The notes beneath the pieces are model-generated. The model saw only the letters and a list, made by a program, of their open reading frames with translations. It had not been told where the DNA came from and did no database searches. 64,000 nt of DNA from an uncultured Chloroflexia bacterium (GTDB lineage: Bacteria > Chloroflexota > Limnocylindria > Limnocylindrales > CSP1-4), in the NCBI GenBank assembly GCA_963713285.1, contig CAVQLA010000010.1, forward strand, positions 7,658-71,657. Direction: 5' to 3'. The translations under genes and the position numbers were made by a program. Below, piece by piece: positions 32,133 through 44,011 of the stretch (the stretch's first letter is position 1; every line of letters starts with the position of its first letter).

Positions 32133-33542
32133 TCAGGCGGCCGGCAGCTCCGAGCCGACCGCGTCGGCGTCGATCGATCCCGCCCAGCGGTCGCTGACGG
32201 GGCGGATCAGCAGGTAGCCCACGATCATCGTCCCGAGGAGCGTCAGCACGGCCACCTGGTAGGCCCCGTTGCCCAGCGTGTCGAAGAGCAGGAAGACCGT
32301 CACGCCGTAGAGCGTCTGGCCGACGACCTGCGAGCCCTTGCCGACGAGCCCGTACAGGCCGAAGAACTCGCCGATCCGGGCCGGGGGCGAGAGGCGCAGC
32401 ATGAAGACGCGATCGGCAACCTGGACCCCGCCGAGACCGCTGCCGACGATCGCCCCGGCGATGACGAAGAGCCCGATCCCGACCGGCGTCCCCGGCAGGC
32501 TCAGGGCCACGACGCCGATGAGCAGGCCGGCCGCCCAGCTCGCGAGCACCCACAGGAGGGTTCGCCGCGGGCCGAACCGGTCGACCAGGCGCCCCCATAC
32601 GAAGCTCAGGGTGATCGCCACCACCGTGAGGAGGACGCTCACCATCAGGTACTGCTGCTCGGTCAGGCCCATCGCCCGCACGGCGACGACGCTCATCACG
32701 ACGATGATCGTGTTGACCGCGTCCGAGTAGAAGAAGCGACCGAGGAGGAAGCGCCCCAGCCCCGGCACCTCGCGGGCGTGGTCGATCGACCGGCGGACCT
32801 GGGTGAACGAGGTCCGCGCATCCGCCCAGGTGAACGTGGGGGCGCCGGTGCCCTGCTCGCGGACGAGGAGGAAGATCGGGACCGCGAAGATGGCGAAGAG
32901 TGCCATCGAGATCGGGAAGTACGCGGCGATGGGCGGGTCGAGGACGATCAGGAGCAGGGCGATGACGATCGTGCCCATGTAGCCGACCCCCACGCCGATC
33001 CCCGACAGCTTGCCGCGGGTGACCGGGTACGAGACCGTCGAGAGGGTCGCGTCGTAGTAGATGAGGGCGGCCTGGTAGCTGAAGTTGGCGATCGTGAAGA
33101 GGATCGCGCCGACGACCGCGGCACTGACGCCGATGAGGGCGGCCGGCACGATCGTGAGGATCGTGAAGACCAGGAGGAACGGGAGCCGCCGTCCGCCCCG
33201 GTCGCTCAGGGCGCCGAGCGGCGGCGACACCAGGGCGTTGATGCCGACCGAGACGACGATGCAGATCGTCTGGACGAGCTGCCCGAGGTCCTGGCCGAAG
33301 TTCTCCGGGTCGGTCAGCCACAGGCCGATGGCCGTGGAGACGATTGCGTAGCTGAAGATGGTGTTGGCAAAGTCGTAGATCGCCCACGCCGCCGGCACGC
33401 GGGCCTTCCCCGACGGCGACAGACCGGCGAGCCGGCCACCCAGCCCGCCGCGAGGGGGATCCTCGTTCGGGCGCCGGACCGGGAGCGGTGCGGGCGCGAC
33501 TGGAGCGGGCGGGGCGGGATCGGGCGTCGTGTCGTCGGCCAT
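32133..33542 (-). CDS. MFS transporter (UMF1/ATG22-like)
   Basis: WAIYDFANTIFS, LGALSDR.GRR, YYDA.L, GKLSG.G...GY.G, GEFFGLY...GK. Confidence 0.9.
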   Translation of the reverse strand: MADDTTPDPAPPAPVAPAPLPVRRPNEDPPRGGLGGRLAGLSPSGKARVPAAWAIYDFANTIFSYAIVSTAIGLWLTDPENFGQDLGQLVQTICIVVSVGINALVSPPLGALSDRGGRRLPFLLVFTILTIVPAALIGVSAAVVGAILFTIANFSYQAALIYYDATLSTVSYPVTRGKLSGIGVGVGYMGTIVIALLLIVLDPPIAAYFPISMALFAIFAVPIFLLVREQGTGAPTFTWADARTSFTQVRRSIDHAREVPGLGRFLLGRFFYSDAVNTIIVVMSVVAVRAMGLTEQQYLMVSVLLTVVAITLSFVWGRLVDRFGPRRTLLWVLASWAAGLLIGVVALSLPGTPVGIGLFVIAGAIVGSGLGGVQVADRVFMLRLSPPARIGEFFGLYGLVGKGSQVVGQTLYGVTVFLLFDTLGNGAYQVAVLTLLGTMIVGYLLIRPVSDRWAGSIDADAVGSELPAA

Positions 33543-33620
33543 CGCGGCGATCCTAGCGGCCCGTCCCTCGTGGGGGAAGCCGGTCGCGCACGCGTCACGC
33601 GGATGCGCCAGGCAGCATGG

Positions 33621-33663
33621 GGCGGGCGGCAGCGGCGGCTCCGGCGGGCGGCAGCGGCGGCTC
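33621..33663. repeat. 22-bp-period tandem duplication
   Basis: GGCGGGCGGCAGCGGCGGCTC at 33621-33641 and 33643-33663. Confidence 0.75.
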
Positions 33664-33678
33664 GGCGATCCCGACCCT

Positions 33679-33795
33679 CTGAACAGATAGTCTGTTCAGG
33701 ATCGGCGGGCGCAAGCGTGCGACCCACCTTGAGTCGCCACTCCGGCGTGACTTCCGTGCTCAGAGACCGCGTGAGCGAACAGATAATCTACTCAC
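33679..33795. repeat. AT-rich palindrome plus degenerate second copy
   Basis: CTGAACAGA-TAG-TCTGTTCAG (33679-33699) and GTGAGCGAACAGATAATCTACTCAC (33771-33795). Confidence 0.65.
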
Positions 33796-33891
33796 ACGAG
33801 GATCGGCGATGCGCGGCCGGCGCCGACGGATCTGCCGGGCAGGACCACGCCGACCTCGCTCCACCCTCGCAGGCGCTGGTACGATCCCGAT

Positions 33892-34599
33892 ATGCAGCCC
33901 GACACCCGCACCTGGCGGCCGCAGGCCTTCGGTCCGCGGAAGCCGAAGGAGCTGAGCAACCCCATCGTCGAGCCCGCCTGGGACGGCGTCCGCATCCTCG
34001 CCCACGCCGGGCCGGAGGGTGTCCGGCTGATCGACGCGGAGGGGGTGGACCTCGCCGGCGCCCATCCCGAGATCGTCGAGGAGCTCGCGGGCGTGACCCG
34101 GGACGAGGCACTCGTCCTCGACGGCTACCTCACGGACCAGGCGCTCCGGTCCGGCATCGGGGTCGACTTCGACATCGACCAGACGCCCGGCCTGGGCGAG
34201 CACATGACCCAGTTCTTCCTGGGCCAGAAGGCAGCCGACGCCATGGCCGGGCGCGGGCAGATCCCCGGTCGGGCCACCGCGCGGACCGTCGGCCAGGCGG
34301 AGGTCGCGGCGGCCGCCGAGCAGGTCCCCATCGCATTCGTGGCCGTCGACCTCCTCGTCCTCGACGACGAGGACCTGCGCGAGGTGCCGCTCCTCGAGCG
34401 GAAGCGGCTCCTCGAGAGCGTCCTGCCGGAAGGGACCAGGGTCCGTCGGACGACCTTCGTCCGCGAGCCCGCGGGCAGCTTCATCATCACCTGGCGCGCG
34501 CTCGGCTTCGGCGGCCTGGCCTACAAGGAGGCCAACAGCCGCTATCACCCCGGCGCCGTCAACGACGACTGGTCGCTCATCCCGATGCCGCGCCGCTGA
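33892..34599 (+). CDS. Standalone ATP-dependent DNA ligase adenylation-domain homolog, catalytic residues lost
   Basis: EPAWDGVR, VLDGYL, FVAVDLL.LD..DL...PLLERKRLL, GGLAYK..SRY.PG; no OB domain. Confidence 0.8.
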   Translation: MQPDTRTWRPQAFGPRKPKELSNPIVEPAWDGVRILAHAGPEGVRLIDAEGVDLAGAHPEIVEELAGVTRDEALVLDGYLTDQALRSGIGVDFDIDQTPGLGEHMTQFFLGQKAADAMAGRGQIPGRATARTVGQAEVAAAAEQVPIAFVAVDLLVLDDEDLREVPLLERKRLLESVLPEGTRVRRTTFVREPAGSFIITWRALGFGGLAYKEANSRYHPGAVNDDWSLIPMPRR

Positions 34600-34722
34600 C
34601 GGGTCGCGGCGCAGCTGCCGCCAGGACGCGCGGGGCCGCAAGGCCGGGCCGCCGCGCCACAGGCGCGCCGTCGGCCGGGACGCTCCCGGCCGCGTCGTCC
34701 CCGCCCGTGGTAGGGTGAGGAA

Positions 34723-36131
34723 GTGCCGCCCTCCGTGCTGACGCCGGCAATCCGCGCCGAGGTCGATCGCCTGGGCCGGGCCGACCTCGTGGTCGGGATC
34801 CCGAGCTTCAAGAATGCGACGACGATCGGCCACGTGACACGCGCCGCCCAGGCCGGCCTCGTCCAGTACTTCGCCGACCTCCGGCCGCTCCTGGTCAACT
34901 CCGACGCCGGCTCGCCCGACGGAACCCAGCGCGTCGTGGCCGAGACCGAGCCACCGGACTACGTCGAGCGGATCCTCCTCGTCCGGCCGACGAACCGCCT
35001 CGAGCGCCTGACCCTCACCTACCCCGAGGTCGACGGGATCGGCGGCAAGGGCGCGGCCCTGCGGACGATCTTCGAGATCGCGGCCGCCCTCGACGCGCGC
35101 GCCCTGGTCGTCGTCGACTCCGACCTCCGCTCGATCACCCCCGAGTGGATCGAGCTGCTGGCCGGGCCCATCCTCAAGGGCGGCTTCGACTACGTGACCC
35201 CGCTCTACGCCCGCCACAAGTACGACGGGACGATCACCAACACCGTCACCTACCCGCTGACCCGGGCCCTCTACGGCCGGCGCATCCGCCAGCCGATCGG
35301 GGGCGACTTCGGCGTCTCGGGCGACCTCGTGCGGCACTACCTCGCCCAGGAGGACTGGACGCCCGAGGTCAGCAAGTTCGGCATCGACATCTGGATGACG
35401 ACCCACGCGCTGGTCGGCGGCTTCGCCGTCTGCGAGACCCGCCTGGGCGCGAAGGTCCACGACCCGAAGGACCCGTCGTCCGACCTCGGGCCGATGTTCC
35501 GGCAGGTCGTGGGCACGATCCTCGGGCTCGCCGGCCGCCACCCGGAGGCCTGGCTCGACATCGCCGGCAGCCACGAGGTGCCCGCCTACGGCTTCGAGCG
35601 CTGGGTCGAGCCGAGCCCGCTGCAGGTCAACACGCTGCGCCTCCTGTCCGAGTTCGGAGCCGGCCAGCTGACGCTCGCGGAGACGTGGCGGACCATGCTC
35701 ACCCCCGCCCACGCCGCGGCGGTCGAGGAGCTCGCGGTCGAGGCGGCGAAGCTCGCCGAGCGCGCCGCCCGGCGCCTCGGCATCGGCGGGACGGAGAGCG
35801 GCTCCAACGGCGTCTCCACCGACGAGATGAGCGACGCCGCGAGCAGCTTCCACTTCCCCGACGAGCTGTGGGCCGGGATCGTCTACGACCTCGTCGTGGC
35901 CGCCCGCTTCGGCACGATCCCCATGGAGCGCCTCGTGGCGGCCCTCGTGCCGCTCTACTTCGGGCGCGTCGGCAGCCTCGTCATCGAGTGCCGCCACATG
36001 GCCCAGGCCGACGCCGAGGAGCGGGTGGAGCGCCAGGCGCGGGCGTTCGAGCTGCGCAAGCCGTACCTCGTGGAGCGCTGGCGCGCGGCTGGGGACGTGG
36101 CGACGGCCGCCGAGCGCGAGGGAGACGAGGC

Positions 36132-36135
<4 letters not shown>
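34723..36135 (+). CDS. GT-A glycosyltransferase, glucosylglycerate/mannosylglycerate synthase-like
   Basis: VGIPSF.NA.TI, D.GSPDGT, GKG.AL, DSDLRSI.P.W, PLY.RHKYDGTITN, RQPIGGDF, FGIDIWMT. Confidence 0.8.
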
Positions 36136-38107
<1,972 letters not shown>

Positions 38108-38111
<4 letters not shown>

Positions 38112-39481
38112 GCGGGGCCGCGCCGGACCCCGGCGGCGGCCCGGTGCCGGACCCCGGCGGTGGCCCTGCCGGCTCCGACCGCCGTGCCGATGCCGTCGTG
38201 CCGAGCCCCGGCGGCGGCCCTGCCGGCTCCGACCGCCCTGCCGATGCCGCCGTGCCGAGCCCCGGCCGAGCGCTCGCGATCCTCATCGCCCCCGACTCCT
38301 TCAAGGGCTCGCTGACCTCCGTCGAGGTCGCCCGCGCGCTCGCCGACGGCTGGTGCCGTGTCCGCCCCGGCGACGAGATCCGCCTCGCCCCGCTCGCCGA
38401 CGGCGGCGAGGGGACGGCCGTCGCGATCGAGGCGGCCGGCGGCTGGCAGTGGCGGACGGCGCCCGCCCACGATCCCATCGGCCGCGAGATCGAGGCACGG
38501 TGGCTCGTCTCGGCCGACGGCGCGCGGGCGGTCGTGGAGCTGGCCACCGCATCGGGGCTCTCGCGCCTCGCGCCCGCGGAGCGCGACGCGGTCGGCGCCT
38601 CCACCTTCGGGACGGGCGAGGTCCTGCGGGCCGTGCTCGACGCGGGCATCCGGCGGATCGACCTCGGCGTCGGCGGCAGCGCCACGACCGACGGCGGCCT
38701 CGGGATCCTCGCGGCGCTGGGCCTGGGGATGACGATCGATCCGGCGCTGGAGGTGCACCTCGACGACCTCGACCCGCGTCTCGCGGAGGTCGACCTGCGG
38801 ATCGCGTCCGACGTCTCGAACCCGCTACTGGGCGCGGCCGGCGCGGCCGCCGTCTACGGCCCCCAGAAGGGCGCGAGCGAGGTCGACGTGCGCAACCTCG
38901 ACGCCGCCCTCGGGCGCTGGGCCGACGCGCTGGAGGCCGCGACCGGCCGCCGAGAGCGCGACACGCCGGGCGCCGGCGCCGCCGGGGGCACCGTCTTCGG
39001 GCTCGCCTGCCTGCGCGACCGCTTCCGGTCGTTCGCGATCGTGCCGGGGGTCGACCTCGTGATGGACGCCACCGGCTTCGCCGCGAAGCTGGCCGGCGCC
39101 GACCTCGTCCTCACCGGGGAGGGCCGGATCGACGCGCAGACCGCCTTCGGCAAGACTGCCCTGGGCGTGGCACGTCGGGCGCAGGCCGCCGGCGTCCCCT
39201 GCATCGCCGTCGGGGGCGGGGTGGAGGCCGAGGGGATCGCGGCGCTGGCCGGCGTGGGCGCCGTCGCCGTGCCGGTCGCGGAGCGCCCCCAGTCGATCGA
39301 GCAGGCAATGGCCGCCGGCCCCGCCCCCCTCGAACGCTGCGGGGAGCGCCTGGCCCGGCTGATCGGGATCGGATTGGGGCTGCACGGCGGCGACCCCAGC
39401 AGCCGTGTGCCAGGCGACGACGCCCTCGTCATCCACGACAACTTCGATGACCCGCTCCCGGAGTTCGAGGAGTACACGTGA
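38108..39481 (+). CDS. glxK: Glycerate kinase (GlxK/GarK family) with antitoxin-like C-terminal tail
   Basis: IAPDSFKGSL, PLADGGEGT, GGSATTDGG, YGPQKGA, GAGAAGG, TGEGRID.QT..GK. Confidence 0.92.
38125..38266. repeat. In-frame direct repeats in the glycerate kinase N-terminal extension
   Basis: PDPGGGP x2 and PGGGPAGSDR(R/P)ADA(V/A)VPSPG x2 (60-bp unit). Confidence 0.75.
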
Positions 39482-39870
39482 GCACACGCGTGCTCCTGGA
39501 CACTCTCACCTTCCCCTGGTGGGTCCTCGAGGATTCACGCCTGTCGCCGGTCGCGCGCGACGCGATCACCGACCTGGAGGTCGACGTCCTGGTCAGCCCG
39601 GTGTCCGCGTGGGAGATCGCGATCAAGGCTGCCGACGGTCGCCTCGACCTGCCGGAACCGCCGTCGAAGTACGTCCCGAGCCGCATGGTGGCCAACGACT
39701 TCCACGAGCTGCCCATCACGGTCGATCACTGCCTCCGCACGGGCGAACTCCCCGCGATCCACCGCGATCCCTTCGACCGCCTGCTGGTGGCCCAGGCACT
39801 CGTCGAGGACATCCCTCTCGTCACGGGTGATCCGGCGATCAGCAGGTACGACGTCGAGACGATCTGGTGA
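39478..39870 (+). CDS. vapC: PIN-domain VapC-family toxin
   Basis: LLDT..F.WW, S.VSAWEIAIK...GRL, HRDPFDRLLVAQA..E...LVT.D. Confidence 0.9.
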   Translation: MSTRVLLDTLTFPWWVLEDSRLSPVARDAITDLEVDVLVSPVSAWEIAIKAADGRLDLPEPPSKYVPSRMVANDFHELPITVDHCLRTGELPAIHRDPFDRLLVAQALVEDIPLVTGDPAISRYDVETIW

Positions 39871-40778
39871 CGCCGGCCACCGGACGGCGACAGACCGGCG
39901 AGCCGACGCCCGCCCACGCGTCGCCACCGGCGAAGCGGAAGTCCGCCGCCTCGAAGAAGCGTCGCAAGCCCGACCCGGCCCGCACCTGGGCCCGCTCCCT
40001 CGGCCGAAAACGGCCGGGCCTCGTCCCCTTCGTCGTGGCCGAGCTCGCCGCCCTCTACGGCATGCCCCGCCGCGACACCCGCCTCGACCCCGTCTCCGAG
40101 CTGGTCCTCACGATCCTCTCGCAGAACACCGCCGACGTGAACTCCGAGCGCGCCTTCCAGGCCCTCCGCGACGCGTATCCCGCGGACGGACCCGTGACCG
40201 TGCACCGGGTGACGGCGCCCGACGGGACCGAGGCGCCGCCCGAGGGCTGGGGCGGCCGCGGCCTGGACCCGGGTTCCGCCCCGGACTGGGACGCCATCGA
40301 GAACGCGCCGCTCGACGAGCTGACCGACGTCATCCGCCCTGGCGGCCTCGCCCCCCAGAAGGCGCCGCGGATCCAGAACGCCCTGCGCCACATCCGCGAG
40401 GCAACCGGGGGCACCGGCTACGACCTCGCCTTCCTCGGCGTCATGGAACCGCACGCCGCGCGCGACTGGCTCACCGAGGTCCCGGGGATCGGGAAGAAGA
40501 CGGCCTCGATCGTCCTGCTCTTCTGCTTCGGCCTGCCGCTGATGCCCGTCGACACCCACGTCGAGCGCGTCAGCCGGCGGATCGGACTCGTCCCGCCGAA
40601 GTCCGGCCCCGACGAGCAGCACGAGATCTACTGGCACCTGCTCGCACCCGAGGAGGTCCACCCGGCGCACGTCCTGCTGATCCAGCACGGCCGGAAGACC
40701 TGCGACGCGCGGCGCCCGGCCTGCGCCCGCTGCCCGATCGCGCCCCGCTGCCGCTTCCTCGACGCGAAGGCGCCGTAG
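39867..40778 (+). CDS. nth: Endonuclease III (HhH-GPD, 4Fe-4S)
   Basis: LVLTILSQNT.D.N, PGIGKKTA, PVDTHV.RV, C.ARRPAC..C.....C. Confidence 0.9.
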   Translation: MTPATGRRQTGEPTPAHASPPAKRKSAASKKRRKPDPARTWARSLGRKRPGLVPFVVAELAALYGMPRRDTRLDPVSELVLTILSQNTADVNSERAFQALRDAYPADGPVTVHRVTAPDGTEAPPEGWGGRGLDPGSAPDWDAIENAPLDELTDVIRPGGLAPQKAPRIQNALRHIREATGGTGYDLAFLGVMEPHAARDWLTEVPGIGKKTASIVLLFCFGLPLMPVDTHVERVSRRIGLVPPKSGPDEQHEIYWHLLAPEEVHPAHVLLIQHGRKTCDARRPACARCPIAPRCRFLDAKAP

Positions 40779-40807
40779 CCGGCGAGGATACCGTCCCTAC
40801 TTGACGA

Positions 40808-40821
40808 GAGCATGCATACTC
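40808..40821 (+). promoter_or_regulatory. Palindromic operator over the -10 box (CATACT) of the AbrB-VapC operon
   Basis: GAGCATG/CATACTC near-palindrome; CATACT lies 6 nt before ATG 40827. Confidence 0.5.
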
Positions 40822-40826
40822 ATGGC

Positions 40827-41135
40827 ATGAAGTACGCATTAGGCTCCACAGTCGGAGAGCGGGGCCAGATCACGATCGAGAAGGAGATCCGCGAGAGGCT
40901 GGACGTCCGGCCGAAGGACATCGCGGTCCAGCACGTCGAGGACGGCCGTCTCATCGTCACGTTCCTGAAGCAGCCCGAGCCCCACATGCGCTCCGTGGCG
41001 GGCGTCCTTGGGCCCCCGCCACGGCGGCCGGACCCGCGCAAGAGCTGGGACGAGATCGTCGAGGAGGCGGCAGCGGCCGAATACCTGGCAGATCAACGTC
41101 GTGCGCGCGGGGAGACCGACGATGACGACGAGTGA
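40827..41135 (+). CDS. AbrB/MazE/SpoVT-family antitoxin
   Basis: TVGERGQITIEKEIRERL...P.D.......EDGRLIV; acidic C-terminus; overlaps the PIN gene. Confidence 0.85.
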   Translation: MKYALGSTVGERGQITIEKEIRERLDVRPKDIAVQHVEDGRLIVTFLKQPEPHMRSVAGVLGPPPRRPDPRKSWDEIVEEAAAAEYLADQRRARGETDDDDE

Positions 41136-41544
41136 GCGCCGGACGGGCTCGTTCGTCGACGCCAACGTCATCGTCCCCTACCTCTCGGGCGACGACGAGC
41201 AGCTGATGGCACGAGCCAGGTCAGCGATCGACGTCGAGGAGCTGCGGGTCATCCCGGTGGCGGCGCTCCTCGAGGCCGCCTGGGTGCTGCGTCGCGTCTA
41301 CGGCTACCGAAGCCGCGACATCGCGCCCGCCATCGCGGACCTCGTGGCGCGCGCGAACATCGAGATCGCCGAGCATCCGAAGACGACCGCGCTGGCGATG
41401 ATCCAGCGCTGGCAGGTCGGCGGGATCGGGTCGCTGGGAGATGCGATGATCGCGGCCAGCATGGCGACCCACGGGGCAACGAGGATCTACAGCTTCGATC
41501 GACGCTTCCCGCGCGACCTCGGGTGGCAGGTGACCGCCCCGTGA
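41122..41544 (+). CDS. vapC: PIN-domain VapC-family toxin
   Basis: FVDANV, LLEAAWVL...YG, DAMI, YSFDR.F. Confidence 0.88.
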   Translation: MTTSERRTGSFVDANVIVPYLSGDDEQLMARARSAIDVEELRVIPVAALLEAAWVLRRVYGYRSRDIAPAIADLVARANIEIAEHPKTTALAMIQRWQVGGIGSLGDAMIAASMATHGATRIYSFDRRFPRDLGWQVTAP

Positions 41545-42329
41545 TGATCGGCGGCGGGCCCGCGGGGCAGGAGCGCCCGGCCCGGCTCCTCCTGGTGGAC
41601 GACGACGCGAACCTGCTCGTCCTGCTCGCGGACCAGCTCCGCGACGACGGCTACGACGTGGCCACCGCTCGCGACGGCGAGGAGGCCCTCCGGCGCCTGC
41701 AGGGCGGCTGGCCCGACCTCGTGATCCTCGACATGATGATGCCGCGCCGCGACGGCCTGTCCCTGGCCCGCGAGATCAAGGCCCGCGCCGACCTGCCGAT
41801 CATCGTCCTCTCGGCCATCGACGCCGCGGACTCGAAGGCGCTCCTCCTCGACGAGGTGGCCGAGGACTACGTCACCAAGCCGTACCACTACCCGGAGCTG
41901 CGCGCGCGCGTGAACCGCGTCCTGCGCCGGCTCGGCGACCGGCTCCCGGGCCAGCGGGTGGTCCTGGGGCAGCACCTCGTCCTGGAGCTGCACCGGCGCT
42001 CCGCCACGGTCAACGGGGCCGAGGTGGCGCTGACGCCGACCGAATCACGGCTCCTGTACGCGCTGGCGGCGAACCTCGGCCAGACGGTCTCCACCGAGAT
42101 GCTCCTCCAGCGCGGCTGGGCCGACACGGAGGACGCCGATCCGTCCTACGTCTGGGTCACGATGCGCCGCCTGCGCACGAAGCTGGAGGTGGACCCGAAC
42201 CGGCCGCGCCACCTCATCACCGTCCGCGGCGTCGGCTATCGCCTGGAGGCGGCCCGACCGGACGCGACCCAGCCGGAGATGACCCCGCCAGAGGACACGA
42301 CCCCGCCGCCGGAGGCGACCCCGTCGTGA
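41544..42329 (+). CDS. OmpR/PhoB-family response regulator
   Basis: LLVDDD, DLVILDMMMP..DG, DYVTKP, LTPTE, TVRGVGYR. Confidence 0.93.
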   Translation: MIGGGPAGQERPARLLLVDDDANLLVLLADQLRDDGYDVATARDGEEALRRLQGGWPDLVILDMMMPRRDGLSLAREIKARADLPIIVLSAIDAADSKALLLDEVAEDYVTKPYHYPELRARVNRVLRRLGDRLPGQRVVLGQHLVLELHRRSATVNGAEVALTPTESRLLYALAANLGQTVSTEMLLQRGWADTEDADPSYVWVTMRRLRTKLEVDPNRPRHLITVRGVGYRLEAARPDATQPEMTPPEDTTPPPEATPS

Positions 42330-43750
42330 GCCTGCGCGCCCGGATCACCCTCGCGGTCATGGTGGCCGCCGTCCTTCCTGTCGCCGTCCTCGGCCTGCTC
42401 CTCGTCCTCAACGGCAGCACCGGGATCCTGACCCTGGTGCTGACGGCGCTCGTCCTCGCGGCGCTCGTGGGGCTCGCCATCGGCGGGTTCCTCGTCGGTA
42501 GCGTCACGTCGCCGCTCCGCGCGCTGGGCGCCCGCCTCGACCGGATCACTGCCGGCCAGCGCCCCGATCCCCTGCCTCCCCTTGCCGACGACGAGCTGGG
42601 CCGCCTCGCCGAGCTCCAGGAGGAGCTGGCCGCCGACCTCGCCCGCCGGAACGAGCAGGTCGCCCGGGCGGTCGTGGCGATCACCGCCTGGACGCCGGAC
42701 GACGGCGCGACGTACCTCCTCGAGCGCGCGGCGAGCGACGCCCGCGCATGCCTGGGACTCACCGACGCCCGGATCGTCCTTGGCAGCCCCGATGACCTCG
42801 AGTACGAGGAGCGCGTGCCCGGCGAGCCGCAGGCGGTCCGCGCTGAGATCCGCACGGGTCGTGCGGTGGCCGGCGTGCTGGCCGGCCACGCCCCCGCGAC
42901 CACGCGCTGGGAGCCGGCCGACCAGGACCTCCTGGAGCTGTTCGCGGCCAGCCTCGCCGTCGCGCTGCGCGATGCCGAGCTGCTCGGGCGCGTCGAGGCC
43001 CAGAACGAGCGGCTCAGGGCCCTCGACGCCGAGAAGGACGACTTCCTGCGCGGCGTCTCGCACAACCTGCAGACGCCGCTGGCGCGCATCCGGGCGAACG
43101 CCGACCAGCTCGCCGGCGAGCAGGCGTCAGCCGGCGAGCCCGACCGGCGCCTGGCGATCATCGCCGAGCAGAGCGAGCGCCTCTCGCGCATGGTCCGCCA
43201 GCTCCTGACCGTGAGCCGCCTCGACTCCGGGGTTCTCCGTCCCGTCGCCGAGGTCTTCGCGCTCGGCCCGCGGGTGCGCCGCGCCTGGGAGGCGCTGGGG
43301 GCGGGTTCGGGTGCGGCGACCGGGGCCGGCGGGGTGCCGTTCGATCTCGTCGACGAGGCCGGCGGCTGGCTGGCGGTCGCCGACCCCGACCAGGTCGACC
43401 AGGTGCTCTGGGCGCTGCTCGACAACGCCGTGAAGTACGGCGGCGGGGCGTCGGTGTCGGCGCGGGTCGGGGTGGATGCCGCGGCCGGCCGGGTGCGGCT
43501 CACCGTCGCGGACCTCGGCCCGGGCGTGTCGGAGGCCGATCGCGGGCGCCTCTTCGAGCGCTACGCCCGCGGCGGCGCCTCGGGCGACCGCGACGGCACC
43601 GGTCTCGGTCTCTACGTGGGCCGCGCCCTCGCCCGCGCCAACGACGGAGACCTCGTGCTGGAGAACACGCCGGCGGGCGGCGCGGACGATCAGCCTCGGG
43701 GCGCCGCCTTCACGCTGACGCTGCCGGCGGAGGCCCCAACGGAGGGCTGA
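42326..43750 (+). CDS. Sensor histidine kinase (2 TM, HAMP, HisKA, HATPase)
   Basis: DELGRLA HAMP, SHNLQTPL H-box, LLDNAVKY, D.GPG, GTGLGL. Confidence 0.92.
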   Translation: MSLRARITLAVMVAAVLPVAVLGLLLVLNGSTGILTLVLTALVLAALVGLAIGGFLVGSVTSPLRALGARLDRITAGQRPDPLPPLADDELGRLAELQEELAADLARRNEQVARAVVAITAWTPDDGATYLLERAASDARACLGLTDARIVLGSPDDLEYEERVPGEPQAVRAEIRTGRAVAGVLAGHAPATTRWEPADQDLLELFAASLAVALRDAELLGRVEAQNERLRALDAEKDDFLRGVSHNLQTPLARIRANADQLAGEQASAGEPDRRLAIIAEQSERLSRMVRQLLTVSRLDSGVLRPVAEVFALGPRVRRAWEALGAGSGAATGAGGVPFDLVDEAGGWLAVADPDQVDQVLWALLDNAVKYGGGASVSARVGVDAAAGRVRLTVADLGPGVSEADRGRLFERYARGGASGDRDGTGLGLYVGRALARANDGDLVLENTPAGGADDQPRGAAFTLTLPAEAPTEG

Positions 43751-43777
43751 CCCGACGCGGCCGTGGCACGCTGGCGG

Positions 43778-44011
43778 TCAGGCCGCCTTCGCGAGCTCGT
43801 TGACGCGCTCCTCGGGCTCGGACTCCACTGGCGGCAGGATCTGCCGGTGCGGCCAGACGATCCCGAGCGGGTCGCCGGCGAAGAGCACGGCGGCGCTCAT
43901 CCCAAGGATCGGCCCGATCAGGTCCGAGATGCCGAGGAACAGGGCGATGTAGCTGCCCAGGTACCACCCGGCGAGGAACCAGAGGACTGCGGCTGCGAGG
44001 CGCTTGTTCAT
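43778..44011 (-). CDS. Small membrane protein (77 aa)
   Basis: MNKRLAAAVLWFLAGWY... with two hydrophobic segments; CACGAT-N7-ATG. Confidence 0.65.
   Translation of the reverse strand: MNKRLAAAVLWFLAGWYLGSYIALFLGISDLIGPILGMSAAVLFAGDPLGIVWPHRQILPPVESEPEERVNELAKAA

Noticed and set aside
33679-33699. Canonical LexA box
   Set aside because: Spacing is GAAC-N9-GTTC rather than GAAC-N4-GTTC; kept only as an unexplained palindrome.
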